64,000 bases of DNA from the human T2T-CHM13v2.0 reference genome, Homo sapiens. The DNA is taken from the NCBI RefSeq assembly GCF_009914755.1, contig NC_060935.1; one strand, 5' to 3'. The notes beneath the pieces were generated by a model. It was not told the DNA's origin and did no database searches. It worked only from the letters and a program-made list of their open reading frames with translations. A program made the translations under genes and the position numbers. Below, piece after piece: positions 44,706 to 62,900 of this stretch (within the stretch, counting starts at the first letter, position 1; every line of letters starts with the position of its first letter).

Positions 44706-46333
44706 AAAGAGGTTTTATTATAGTAGGGAAAATATAACTAAACCAATAAAAATAAATGATAACCATGACAAAATCTATGAAAGCACAAAAGGTGAAGAAA
44801 ATCTTGATGGGCAAGCATTCTCTCAGAGACTTATTAATCCAGGTTATATTCAAATGGTGTTTTCAAGGATAATTGGGAATTTGTCAGAAAAAAAAAGGAT
44901 GTTTTGGGAAGTAGAAGAAATAGCCATGCACAAAAAAACAAGATCAGGAAGAAACTGTTATAAGTAGTGCAGGACACAAAATTATTGTCCATGCATGTGC
45001 ACACAGGTTGTGTGTGTGTGTGTGTGTGTACACATGCAGGTGAGAAAGAATGAGAGGGAGGAGAAGAGATAGAAAAATGCACACAGGGAAACATAGACAA
45101 AGACATAGGGACAGTAGGTGCTTGAGATCATGATTAGTGTGTGTTTGAGGTATTAATGGTGAGAAGAATAGTTGAGCTACTGGGCAGGGATAGAAAGAGA
45201 GATTAAAGAGAAAGTTTGAAAGAGCTTCTGTTCCAAGACCCAGGAATTTTCATGTTAACTGAATGTGGAAGGGAGCCAGGATAGGAAGAGTATCATGATC
45301 AGCTTTAGTTGTTTCTTTTATTATGTTGTTCTCAGCATTTGAAGAATGCAATATAGGGGAATATAGAGTCTGTGAAGGGCAGTGACAAAGAAGAATGGTG
45401 GAATTGGAGCCCATGGAGATCAGATATGAAGCTACTACCCTCTAATGTGAATGACTCTGGGGTAGGACTAAAATTCAAAGTGAGGAGAGATGATTAAGCA
45501 GGCATTAATGAGACACTCATGTCTTCCACTCCAACTGTATTTTTCACCACTCTTCATCCTTCTCCAGGCATATCACCTTCTTTTGGTTCATTAAGGTTAG
45601 AAATGTTTTTCCCTCCTCAGTCCAGTACTTGTTGCACTCTTTCATCCTGGAACACTCTCCCTGGACTCTTTATCTGGAGAACCAATGCTCATCTATTAGG
45701 TCTCATTTTTAATGCCTTTGCTTGGGGGAAACTTGACCCCAGAAGGGTCAGCTAACTGTATTAATATGCTGTGTCCTCAAAGTATTGTAAAATTTTCTTT
45801 CATTATAATTATTCAAATTGTATCTAAATAAAGCTTTATGAAAGTACCTCTTTTACATGTAGTTCATCCACCAGACTGGGTATTCCATGAACACATGGAC
45901 CATGTCTGTTTTGTCACATGCCACGTTCTGGCCATATCATGCTTACCCAATAAGTAGTTTGTGAAAAAATAAACAAGTAAATGAAACATTTATTACTAGC
46001 CTGAAATGGAAGGGTATGTATAAGGCATTAGGGTTGTGGAAATACTTAAATAGGGAATGCAATTTATATCAATTGTCCTTCATCATTTGGGATTTTGCAG
46101 ACTAATAATTTTATAAAAGCCATGGGCTCTCTTCACCAAAAAAATCTGTAATTTAGTATCAGTAAACATCAGTTTAAGAAATCTCATTTTAAAGACTATT
46201 ATTATTAGAAAATTATACAATCAAGTTTAGATTGTGGGAAGATAAAAATTATCTAGGAAATCTGTGTTCCTAAATCAATAGTACTGGACAGAGGCTTACA
46301 GATTCTCTATATTTCTATTAAAATAAGATGAGA

Positions 46334-49888
<3,555 letters not shown>

Positions 49889-50420
49889 TAAAATAAGATG
49901 AGAAGCAATCATTTGAAGTTATAACAGAAAATTTTGGAATGTATATGAAAATTGAATGCTTAACATTTGGTATTTACAAACTATCCTCTAGAGATAAATT
50001 ATTAGATTGTGAATACTATTCCTTCTAATATGCTTCAGAGATGCTGTGTTTGGAAAGTAGAGTGTAAGAAATGTAGGTTAAAAGAACTTAAGCTTATTGC
50101 CTTAAAATGTGATTATTTTTTTCTAATTAATTTTTACAAATGTCCAGTATTAGCATTGACTAATTAAGGGGTGATTATTTGTGTGGCCTCTATTATTTAC
50201 TTGCTTTGTTAAATTTGGACAAATTTCTTAAACTCTGGGTTGTAGTTCCCTCATTTTTAAAAGGTAGCATGATTGGTTGCTATGATACAGTGTACACAGT
50301 GAACTTATATTTTTCTGACACATGACAAGAGTTCTGTATATAACAACTGTCATTGCTATCCACCCTATCCCTGAGAAAAGAAGAAAAAGTAATTCAGAGG
50401 ATTTGTTGTACTATTTCACC

Positions 50421-50499
50421 TTTTTATTTTTTTTATTTTTTTAATTATTATTTTTTTTCTTTCTTTATTTATTTTTTTATTATTATACTTTAAGTTTTA
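50421..50499 (-). mobile_element. Minimal L1PA 3' terminus (~19 nt) plus A-rich tail
   Basis: tattatactttaagtttta is identical to the L1PA ends near 20213 and 37340 and is preceded by a ~60-nt T-rich tract. Confidence 0.7.
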
Positions 50500-51166
50500 A
50501 ACCAGTAAAATCTTGACCCTCTCCTAAATTAGATTCACTGTCCCAGATTTTAATTAAACATTTGCCTGTGTTCTTCCATTTGCAAATAATCACCTATGCA
50601 TACAGATCACAACCATCCACAAACATAATATCAAATGGGTTCCTGAATTATTACAGGATCTTAAATTTTTTAACAATACCATTGTATACAAGCAATATAT
50701 TTACTGATCATTTCTCAGAAATTATTAGCAAAAGAAAATAAATCATTGCTAAATTAGCTCCTCTAATGTAACAAGGATTTATGTTATTTTGAAATATTAT
50801 TATACACATTTATTAATAATGGGATAATTCATAATACAGCTTAGTACAGTGATATTTATCTTCAAATCACTTTGGGAGTGCTAATATTCTATTTCTCATG
50901 ATTAATTTAGAATAATTCTCCTCTTGAATAATAATATGTGTCATCATTTACATTATTTATACTTTATTATCAACTTTATGTTAGTTAAAAATTAAGTTTA
51001 GAAGCACCCATAAACTTCTTCATTGTTCTTTTCTCTGCCTTCATAGTTTTTATTTTTAGTCTATATAAAATTTTAACTGAATCATCTGGCCATTGCTGAA
51101 GTTACCAGTACGAACTCTATCAGTTATTATTTCTACAGCTGTTGCAATGTTAAAAATTAGCATTTA

Positions 51167-51514
<348 letters not shown>

Positions 51515-51629
51515 CTAAGTTCCCCAGTTCGGAGTTCAAATCTATCAACTAGTATTTGATATAATATACTTTCCGTCTATTGGAACTTGCTACGTGGAGA
51601 ATATTCATATCCCAGTTTTAACTTTTGAT

Positions 51630-52182
51630 TTATTTTTAATTAATTTTTAATTTGGGGGTACTAGTAGGTGTGTATACTTATAGGTTATATGAGACATTTT
51701 GATACAAGCATACAATGCATAATAGTCACATCAGGGTAAATGGAGTATTCATCATTTCAAGCATTTATCCTTTCTTTGTATTAATAAACATTCCAGTTAT
51801 AGTCTTTCATTTATTTTTAAATGTGCAATAAATTATTGTCGACTGTAATCACCCTGTTGTGCTATCAAATACTAGCTCTTATTCATTATATTTAACTATA
51901 TTTTTATACCCATTTCTCATCCCCACTCCCCATGTCCATTACCCTTCCCAGCTTATGGGAACCATCATTCTGAGTGTCCATCAACAGACAAATGGATGAA
52001 GAAAATGTGGTGTATATAATAATGAAGGATCATTCAGCCATAAAAAAGAATGAGATTTTTTCATCTGTAACAGCATAGAACTGAAGAACATTATGTTAAG
52101 TGAAATAAACTGAGCACAGAAAGACCATCTTTGCACATTCTCATTTATTTCTGGGAGCTAAAAATTAAAACAATTGAACTCT
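51630..52182 (-). mobile_element. L1MA-type 3' end with 5' inversion (junction about 51971)
   Basis: Minus-strand 3'UTR up to accatcattct, then the immediately upstream L1 segment on the plus strand. Confidence 0.75.
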
Positions 52183-52529
52183 ATGTACTATTTTTAATTA
52201 GAAAGTAGAATCGTGTACCATTTTTTATTTCAGTAGAGTAGAATTATGTACCATTTTTAATTTGCATGTTTTTTTTTTTTACTTTCTTTCCATTTTATAT
52301 TGTTTGATCTGTCTCATTTGAAAATCCAGTTCATCCATAAGATAGTCCTAGGGTCTAGTTTCTAGCCTCAATTCCTCTGTCATATTCCTAAAATTTTTCT
52401 TGACTATAATTAATCTTGTTCTTACACACAGTATTTTATATTCTTTAAATCATTTTGCTTATTTGGAAACAAACTATACTATATTAGGCAAAAGGCAAAA
52501 GCTAAACAAAAGGCAACAAAGAACTTAAA

Positions 52530-52980
52530 AGATCATTAAGTGAAATAAGCCAGGCACGGAAAGACAAGCATCACATGTTCTCACATATTTGTGGGATCTA
52601 AAAATCAAACAATTGAACTCATGGACATAGAGAGTAGAGAAATGGCTACCAGAGGCTGGGAAGGGTAGTGGGGACCTGGTGGGTAGGAGGAGATGGTTAA
52701 TGGCTACAAAAAGAAAATAGAAAGAATAAATAAGACCTACTATTTGATAGCACAAGAGGGTGACTATACTCAATAATAACTTAACATATTTAAATAAAGG
52801 GTGTAAGAGGATTGTTTGTTACTCGAAGGATAAATGCTTGAGGAGATGGGAACCTTATTCTCCATGATATGCTTAGTTCACATTGCATGCCTGAATCAAA
52901 ACATCTCATGTACTCCATAAATATGTACATCTACTAGGTACCCACACAATTTTTAAAAATAAATTTAGAAGAAATAAAAA
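52530..52980 (+). mobile_element. L1MA2-like 3' end
   Basis: ttaagtgaaataagccaggcac...aattgaactcatggacatagagagtag... Confidence 0.8.
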
Positions 52981-53033
52981 ACAATACTTCAAATATGAAC
53001 ATTCTTAAAAAAAGAAATAAAGAATGTGTAATC

Positions 53034-53362
<329 letters not shown>

Positions 53363-54470
53363 TTACATTTTATTTTTTCTCTCATAAATTTGCTTTACAT
53401 ATACACATTTTTACAGGATACTATTGTATATGTTGTTTTGTGATACATTTTATTTTATAGAAGTATAAACAATTGCCATGTCAATAGATATATTTTGTAA
53501 CTACCAAGTAATTAATTATTTTTTATTTTTATGTAAGGTGTGTACATAACATAATAAAACAAGCACACATAGATTTACCAACCAACATAACCACATGATT
53601 TGGGGCATTATTAAGATTACTGACATTAGATGGGTATTCATGCAAAATGCTTGTCCTAAATTTTGTGTTTATCATTCCCAACCTTTGTGTGTTTGCATAT
53701 TTGTGTGCATTTTCTCCCATATACATTTGTCTTTAAGAAATATGGCTAGTATTGATTATTCTGAATTTTATAGAATCAGTAATATTCTCTAATTTTTGGA
53801 ACTCTAATTTTTCACTGAATATTTATTTCAAGGATATCTTTGTTACTGGTAGTTGTAGTTCAATTAATTCTCATTAACAAATTAAAGTATGAGATAATAC
53901 TGTAATTTATTTCTCTATTCTCCTATTGATAGAAAGGATAATTCAGCTTTTGCTCTTATTAGCAATGCAGCTAAAACCATTCTGTTTCATATCTCTACAA
54001 ACATAGCCTAGAATATAGAACTAGAAGTGAGTTGTAAGATCAAAGGCCATGTGTCTATCAACATTAAAGAATATTGACAATTCTTTTTCCAAAAATAGTT
54101 ATTTAAAATTTATTTATATAAATATTGTGGATGACCACTCTTATTCCATTCCATGTACTCACCAATACTTGTTACTTTAAGCCTTAAATTTTGCTGATCT
54201 GCTATAGCATTGTAGCTCACTGGGTCTTAAGTTGCATTTTCTTAATTACATAAGATATAAAACCATCATTTCCTAATTTAATACATAATTTGTTTTCCTC
54301 ATTTTGAGATATGACTATGTATTTACCATTTTCTTATTTAAATTTTTTCATTTACCTATTGCTTTATAAGTATTATTTACAAATTCTAAATACTAATCTT
54401 TTGATTTGCAAAAAGCTACTCACAATTTGTATGTGTAGTGTGTGTTTGTGTATATGTGTGTTACTATATA

Positions 54471-54496
<26 letters not shown>

Positions 54497-54513
<17 letters not shown>

Positions 54514-54790
54514 GAGACAGAGTCTCACTCTGTTACCCAGGCTGGAGTGCAGTGGTGTGATCTCATCTCATGCAACCTCCACCTCCCGAATTCAAGCGAT
54601 TCTTTGGCCTCAGCCTCCTGAGTAGCTGGGACTACAGGCACGTGCCACCACACCTGGCTAATTTTTGTGTTTTTAGTAGAAATGGGGTGTCACCATATTG
54701 GCCAGGCTGCTCTCGAACTCCTGACCTTGTGATCCGCCTGCCTTGGCATCCCAAAGTGCTGGTATTACAGGCGTGAGCCACCATGCCCAG
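54497..54790 (-). mobile_element. AluSg-like preceded by (TA)n, inside old L1M fragments (about 53340-55360)
   Basis: Reverse-complement Alu. Confidence 0.9.
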
Positions 54791-55364
54791 ACTACTGTAT
54801 TTTTGATACCGTTTGATAAATAGGTTTCCACTATTTCTTCAGTAAATATTGCAAAATTATATTTTTCTTGAAATTTCTCAATTGCTTATGTGTTTTCCAA
54901 TGGATTTAAAGTTTATGTGGTGTTGCCTTTATGTCTTTTAAACTTCAGCTACAAACATTTTATGCCAAATTTCTCATTCCAAATAGCTTATTTGTGCCTA
55001 TCAATATTGCTTGAAAGATGTGTATTATATTGTTTTCAAATTGTTAATTTTTCTGTTTATACTTTTCATTCTAATTTTGTTTTCTATTCCCACAATTTGT
55101 GTCCCTCTCTTTACTATCAGCATTTTCTAATTTATTTGAGTTGTTTTCCCAGCTTTTAAATTTTTTTTTGCCTTTTGTTTTTCTTTGATATGGGCATTTA
55201 GAAATTATACATCTTCCTACAAAGGGTTACCTTAGCTACATTCCTAACATTTAACATATACCATTGTTATTAGAAATAAAGTTTACAAATTTTTTAAATC
55301 CCTTATTATTTCTTCTTGGATGTATAAGTTATTTATAAGTACATTTTAAAATTTACAAATATAT

Positions 55365-55815
55365 GGTGGATTTTGTTAGATTACGTGACAAAGAACAACT
55401 AAAATTACCAATCAGCTGATTTTAAAGTAGAAATAATACCCTAGATTTTCTGAATGGACCCTAAGTAATGACAAGGAACCTAAAAATTGGACAGGGAGGG
55501 CAAAAGGAGGGCATCGTGACTATGGACAGCATAGAGGGTTACAATGATGCTGGGTCTGCAAATAGAGGAAAGAAGCCATAAGCCAAAGGATATGACTAGG
55601 CTCTAACAGCTGGAAGGGCCAGGGAGTGTATTCCTCCCTAGCGCCTCCAGAAACACACATAGTTTCTGGGCCACCTTGATTTTAGCCCATTGAGATTCAT
55701 GTAAGATGTCCAACCAACAGAACTTTAGGATAATGAATTTGTGTTGTTTTAAACCACCTGTGTGTTTTCACAGTTGTGTTATAAGTTGTTGCAGCAGCAG
55801 TAGGAAACTAATAAC
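55365..55815 (+). mobile_element. MLT1D/E-like MaLR LTR
   Basis: ...ccaccttgattttagccca...aatttgtgttgttttaaacc...gcagcagtaggaaactaata. Confidence 0.75.
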
Positions 55816-56911
55816 GCTGGTATGACACCAAATTTAGCAACACCATGATTTTGGACAAGTGACTTAATCACTATGAGTTTCAATTTTTTTTCCTGCAAAA
55901 ATGGGGATTCTAATACACCCTTATTTCTTCATATTTTAGTATTATTGACATGAAGATATAATTTTGCTCTAATATTCTGATACTCCTTTTACTCTGGTAC
56001 TCCCTCACCCAGAAATGTCAGTAGATGTTGTTGAGTCTTTTATTTTATTTTATTTTCATGCCCTTAGAATCATGGAGAAGCTCTCATACCTGCCTTAACT
56101 TTCAGGAAGTGCTTGTGAAGGGAAAGGTGATTGCTCTGGGCAAATAGCATTGATAAAATTCATGATTATATTCAGGAAAGAAAGCAGATTGGTAGAGAAA
56201 TATCAAATTGAATAAAAGCACAGAAAGGATGCTGTAGGGTTTATTCAAGAAATATGAATTCCCATAGTTTGTTGCAAGGGGGCCTTATACAATACATTCA
56301 TTGTTGATAATTGTGATGGTGCTTATCTTACTATATACCACTATTTATTCTGAAGTTAGATCGAAGAAAAATTTGAGAAAAATCCAAGATTTTGTTAAGA
56401 ATCAAGACAGCTATTCAACTTTTAGGGAATTATTTGTTGGCTCTAATTTAGAAATAACTCTATTATACAGAATCCCATAAGAAGGTTTGCTTTTCCCTCT
56501 TAACAATCATCTAACTTTGGCAAACATTCTGAAGATGGAGAGTTGGAAAGAAACAAAACGCCGGGAACATTTGAGCTACTTCAGGTTACAGCCATTAGTC
56601 CTGAAATACCATAAGGGTGGGGAATAGAGCAGTAACTAAGGACAAATGGTGCATGTGTTTTCTCCAGAAACGTATAAGAAGAACTTTAGCAGAATAAGGA
56701 ACACAGAAATAGGAAGATATTAATTCAGCTTTGAAAACTGTATATTAACCAGATTTTCTTTTTTAGAAGTATTTATTCGCAGTCCAGCTAGGTGCCCAGT
56801 ATGCTAAGGAAAGCATGGATTTTCTTGTACAGTTAGTGACCATTTAGGTTTTTTAAATATTTGTATTGAATGCATAAAAATAAACATGTTAGAATCAAAG
56901 GATTAAAAAAG

Positions 56912-59900
56912 TCAACTTTTATTTTAGATACATGATGTACATGTGTACGTTTGTTACATGGGAATATTGTGTGATGTCGAGGCTTCGGGTAGTGATCCTG
57001 TCACCTGGGTAGTGAGCACAGTACCTAATAGGTAGTTTTTGAACACAACCTTCTCACATTCCTTCCAACTTCCAGTATCCACAGTGTCTATAACTTCCGT
57101 ATGTATGTCCATGTGTGCTCAGTGGTTAGCTCCTACTTATAAGTGAAAACAAGCAGTATTTGGTTTTCTGTTCCCATGTTAATTCACTTAGAATTATGGC
57201 CTCCAACTCCACCTATGTTGCTACAAAAGACATAACTTTATTTCTTTTTTTATGGCAGTGTGGTGTACATGGTTTTCATGTACACATTTTCTTGATCCAA
57301 TCCACCATTGAAAAACAGGCACCTGGGTCGATTCCAATCTTTGCTACTATGAATGGTGCCGCAATGAACATAGGAGTACCTGTGTCTTTTTGGTAGAATG
57401 ATTTATCTTCCTTTAGGATCTATCCCCAGTAATGGGATTGCTGGGTCAAATGGTGGCTATATTGTAAGTTATTTGAGAAACCTCCAGACTCCTTTCCACA
57501 GCAACTGGTCTAATTTACATTCACACCAACAGTGTATAAGCATTCCCTTTTCTTCACAGCCTCACCACCATCCCTTGTTTTTTGACTTTTTATTAATAGC
57601 CATCCTAATTGGTGTGTGAAATAATTTTGTAGTTTTGATTTGCATTTCTCTTATGATTAATGATGCTGAGCATTTTTTTCATATGTTTGTTGGCTACTTG
57701 CATATCTTCTTTTGAAAAGTGTATGTTCATGTCCTTTTCCCATTTTTAACAGGGTTATTTGTTTTTTGCCTGTTGATTTAATTTCCATATAGATTCTGGA
57801 TATTAGGCCTTTGTTAGATGCCTAGTTTACAAATATCTTCTTCCATTCTGTAGGTTGTCTGTTTTGTTGATAGTTTCTTTTTCTATGCAGAAGTTCTTTA
57901 GTTAAATTATATCTCACTTGTCTTTTTTGTTGTTGTTGCAATTGCTTTTGGGGACTTAGCCAAAATTTGTTTTCCAAGGCCAATGTCAGAAGAGTATTTT
58001 CCACGTTGTCTTCCTGGATTTTTAGTTTGAGTTCTTACATTTAAATATTTGATCCATTTTGTATATTGTGAATTTTTGTATATTGTGAAAGGTAGGGGTC
58101 CAGCTTCAATCTTCTACGTGTGGTTAGCCAGTTATCCCAGCTCCATTTATTGAATTGGGAGTCCTTCCCCCATTGAAAGTTTGTGTTGGCCTTGTCGAAG
58201 ATGAAATGGTTATAGGTGTCCGACTTTATTTCTGAGCCTTCTATTCCATTTAATTGGTCTACATGTCTGTTTTTGTGCTAGTACTAAGCTGTTTGACTAC
58301 TGTGCCTCCATAGTATAGTTTCAGGTCAGGTAGTGTGCTACCTCCAGTCTTGTTCTTTTTGGTTAGGATTGCTTTGGCTGTGTGGGCTCACTACATAAAC
58401 AGAATTAAAAGCAGAAACCATATGATCATCTCAATAGATACAGAAAAAGCTTCTGATAAAATCCAACATTCTTTTGTCATAAAAACCCTTGACAATTTAG
58501 ACACCAAAGGAAGATACCTTAAAATAATAAGAGCCATCCTTGACAAATCCAAAACAACATCATACTGAAAATCAAAAAGCTTGAACCATTGCCCCTGAAA
58601 ACTGGAACAACACAAGGATGCTCATTCTCACCACTGATATGCAACATAGTACTGGAAGCCCCAGTCAGAGCAATCGGGCAAGAGGAAGAAATGAAAGATA
58701 TCCACATAGAAAGAGAAGATGTCAAACTATTTTTCTTTGCTGATAATATGATTCTTTACTTAGAAAATCATAAAAAAAACTTCCAAAAGGCTTTTATAAC
58801 TGATAAACAACTTCAGCAGTTTCAGGATACAAAATCAATGTACGAAAATCAGTAGCATTTCTACACATCAACAATGTCCAGGCTGAGAGTAAAATCAAGA
58901 ATACAATCCTACTTACAAAAGCCAGAAAGAAAAATGAAATACCAAGGAATACAGCTAACCAAGGAGGTGAAGTATCTCTACAAGAAGAACTACAAAACAC
59001 TGATGAAAAAAAACCAGGTATGACACAAATAAATTGAAAAACCTTCCATGCTCATTGTTTAGAAGAATCAATATCAAAAATTGACCATTATGCCCAAAAC
59101 AATGTACAGATTAAACACTATTCTTATCAAACTATCAACATCTAAGGACATTTCTGGGAGAATGGGTATTACAGTAAAATATACATCAATTTTATATCTT
59201 CATGTCAAGAATACTAAAATATGAAGGAAAAAATGTACTGGTGAGTCACATTTATTGATTTACTTATGTTGAACTAGCCTTGCATCCTAGGAATAAAGCC
59301 TACTTGATGATGGTATATTTACTTTTTTATCTGCTGCTGCACTCAGTTTGCTAATATTTTGTTGAGTCTTTTTACATCTATGTTCATGAGGGATATTGGC
59401 CTAAATTTTTTGTTGTCATTGTGTCTTTGCCAGATTTTGATATCAGATGGATGTTGGCTTCATAGGATGAATTAGGATGGAGGCCCTCCTCCCCAGCTTT
59501 TTGGAATAGTTTCAGTAAGATTGGTATCCATTCTTCTTTGTATGTCTGCTAAAATTCAACTGTGAATACCTCTGATCTGGGACTTTTTTGCCTGATAGAT
59601 TCTTTATTGCTGATTCAATTTTATAAGTTGATATTGGCTATTCATTTATTTAGAGTTTCAATATCTTTCTGATTAAATTATTGGGAAATTTCATGCTTCT
59701 AGAAATATATCAATTTCTTCTATATTTTCTAATTTGTGTGTATAGAGCTTTTCATAGTCTTTGAGGATGTTTTATATTTCTGTGGGATGAGTTGTAATAT
59801 CTCCTTTGACATTTCTGATTGTGCTTATTGCAATCTTCTCTTTCTTTTTCTTTGTTAGTCTAGCTAGTGGTCTACCAATCATATTCATTTTTTTGAAGAA

Positions 59901-62900
59901 CCAACTCGGTTTCATTGATCTCTTATATGGATTGTTGCATTTGAATTTCATTCAGTTCTTCTCTAGTTTTAGTTATTTCTTTTATTCTGCTAGCTTTGGG
60001 GTTAGTTTGTTCTTTTTTTTTTGTAATTCCTTTAGGTGCAAAGTTAGATTGCTAATTTGAGATTCTTCTAACATCTTGATGGAGGCACTTAAGATTAAAC
60101 TTTCCTCAACACTACTTTGTCTGCATCCCAGAGGTCTGAGCAAGTTGTGTCCCAATTTTCATTAATTTCAAATATGTTTTTTTTCCTGCCCTAATGTCAG
60201 TATTCACTCAGGTGTTAATCAGGAGTACATTGTTTAATTTTCATGCGTTGAGAGAGATATTCTTGGTATTGATTTCTATTTTATTGCACTGGGGTCCAGG
60301 AGTGTGCTTGGTATAATTTCATTTTTAAAAAAAAATTTCGAGGCTTGCTTTATTATTGAACATGTTGTCTCTCTTAGAATATGTTCTGTATTCACATGAG
60401 GATGTATATCCTATGGTTGTTGAGTGGAGTATTGTGTAGATGTCTATTAGGTCTAATTAGACAAGCGTCAAGTTTTAGACTAGAATCTCTTTTTTAGCTT
60501 TCTGCCTCGATGATCTGTCTAATTCTGTTAATGGAGTGTTGAAGTCTCTCATGATTATTGTGTTTTGTCTACATCTTTTTTTAGGCCAAGAAGTATTTCT
60601 TTTCTAAATCTGGGTGCTTCAGTGTTGGGTGTGCATATATTTAGGATAGTTAAGGCTTCTTGTTGGATTGTATCCTTTAGCATTATGTAATGCACTTAAT
60701 TGTCCTTGTTAATTATTAATTGGTTTAAAGTCTGTTTTATGTGATATAAGAATAGCTATTTCTGCTCTTTTTTGTTTCCCATTCGCTTGGTAGCTCTTAT
60801 TCTACCCTTTGATTTTGAGCTTGTGAGTGTTGTTACACGTGAAATGGGTCTCCTGAAGACAACAAATGATTGGGCCTTGTCTTTTTATCTAGCCTGACAC
60901 TCTGTATCTTTTAAATCAAATGTTTATCCCATTTACATTCAAGGTTAATACTGATATGTGTGATTTTTGATTCTGTCATTGTGTTGTTAGCTGGTTGTCA
61001 TGTAGATTTGATTGTGTAGTTAGTTGCTTTGTAGTGCCAGGGGGCCGTGAGCTTAAGTGTGTTTTTGTGGTGGCAGGTGCAGTTTTTTTAAATCTATGTT
61101 TAGCACTCCCTTAAAGACCTCTGATAAGGCCAGTCTGGTTAAAACATATTTCCTGTCACATGCTTCTCTGAGAAAGATTTTATTTCTCCTTTACCTATTA
61201 AGCTTATTTTGGTAGGATATGAAATTCTTGTTGGATTTTTTTTTTCTTCATGAATGCTGAGTATAGGCCACCAGTCTCTTCTGGCTTGTGAAGTTTCTGC
61301 TGAGAGGTCTGCTGCTAGCCTAATGGAGTTTCCTCTGTAGGTTCCCTGCCCCTTCTCTCTAGCTGCCTTTAAGATTTTTTCTTTTGCCTCCATCTTGGTG
61401 AAATCTGATAACTACATGCCTTGGGGATAGTCCACTTGTATGGTCTCTGGCTGAGGTTCTCTATATTACTTGGATATGTATGTCAACCTCCCTAGCAAAA
61501 TTAGCGAAATTTTCACGTATTGAGAGAGATATTCTTGGTATTGATTTCTATTTTATTATTTTTATATTAATATTATTAAACATATTGTCCAAGTGGCTTT
61601 TTATCTCTCCTCTCCCAGGAATGCCAATGAGTCATAGATTTTGTCCCTTTACATAATCTCATATTTCTCAGAGGTATTATCCATTTTTTAAATTCTTTAA
61701 AAAATTTTTCTGTCTGACATAATTTATTTGAAGAACCATTAGTAGAGCTTTGAGATTCTTTCCTCAGCTTGGTCTATTCTACTGTTAATACTTACAGTTG
61801 TATTATGAAATTCCTGTACCAGGCATACCTGCTACCACAAAAATATCCTTAAGCTCATGGCCCATAGGCACTGTAAAACAACTATGAAATCAAGTCTACA
61901 TAACAACCAGCAACAACAGGATGAAAGAGTCAAAATCACACATATCACAAAATTGCACAATTTTCTTTCAGCTCAAGAAGCTCAGTTTGGGTCTTTCTAA
62001 AAATGGCAGTTACATCTTTCTATTCTTAAATCTTTGTACTGAATTGGTTGGCTTTCTTGAACTGAGTTTCGACTTTCTCCTGGATCTCATTGAACTTCCT
62101 TGCCATCCAGATTCTGAATTCCAGTCTATCATTTCAGACAATTCAGACTGATTAAGAACCATTGCTGTGGAGCTAGTGAGCTCATTTGTAGGTAAGGGGA
62201 CACTGGCTTTTTGAATTTCCAGAGTTCTTGCACTGACTATTTCTCATCTGGAAGGGCTAGCATTTCTTTAACTGTGGTGTAAATCGAATATAGTCAGTTG
62301 GCTTTATTTCTGGAAGCTTTCATAGAGCTAAGGCTCTGTACAAAGTCTTCGTTGCTGAATTCTTGCTCTTGGTTTTGCAGGGGGTAGAATTAGTAAAGTG
62401 ATTTTTGGTGCTATATTTGGACTGTAATCCAATAGAGGATACTTGAGAGCAATGGGTGGTTGATAAGCTCTTAGCCGCACAGCATCTTTGCATATCCTCA
62501 CATTCACAGCTGTTTTCTGTGGTGTAAATAGGAGAGAGGTAACCCCCCTCACCAGGTCCGCTCCTTGGTCTTGGGGTTTGAGAAAGATACCTCTGGTCAC
62601 TGGAAATGTACTTGCAATTTTTGTTATTGTTGTTGTTAGATCTTTCAGGTGTTGGGGCTCCCTTGGGGATTGGACCTGAGCTAGTGGCCACAGCCCTGGG
62701 ATTCTAGGACCTGTTTGCAGCTCCCTTCTGTGGATCCTTGGGGTTGGGTTTTGGGTACACTGGGGGATGCAAAAGGCTTTCAGGCTGCCAAAATGCACTC
62801 AGGTGGAGCAAAGGACCCAGGCTGTGCACTTGAGGCTACACTGTGTACATGCACCTGTGGGGTAGCCAGGCATAGGCCCTAGGTGGTACTGGTAGGCAGG

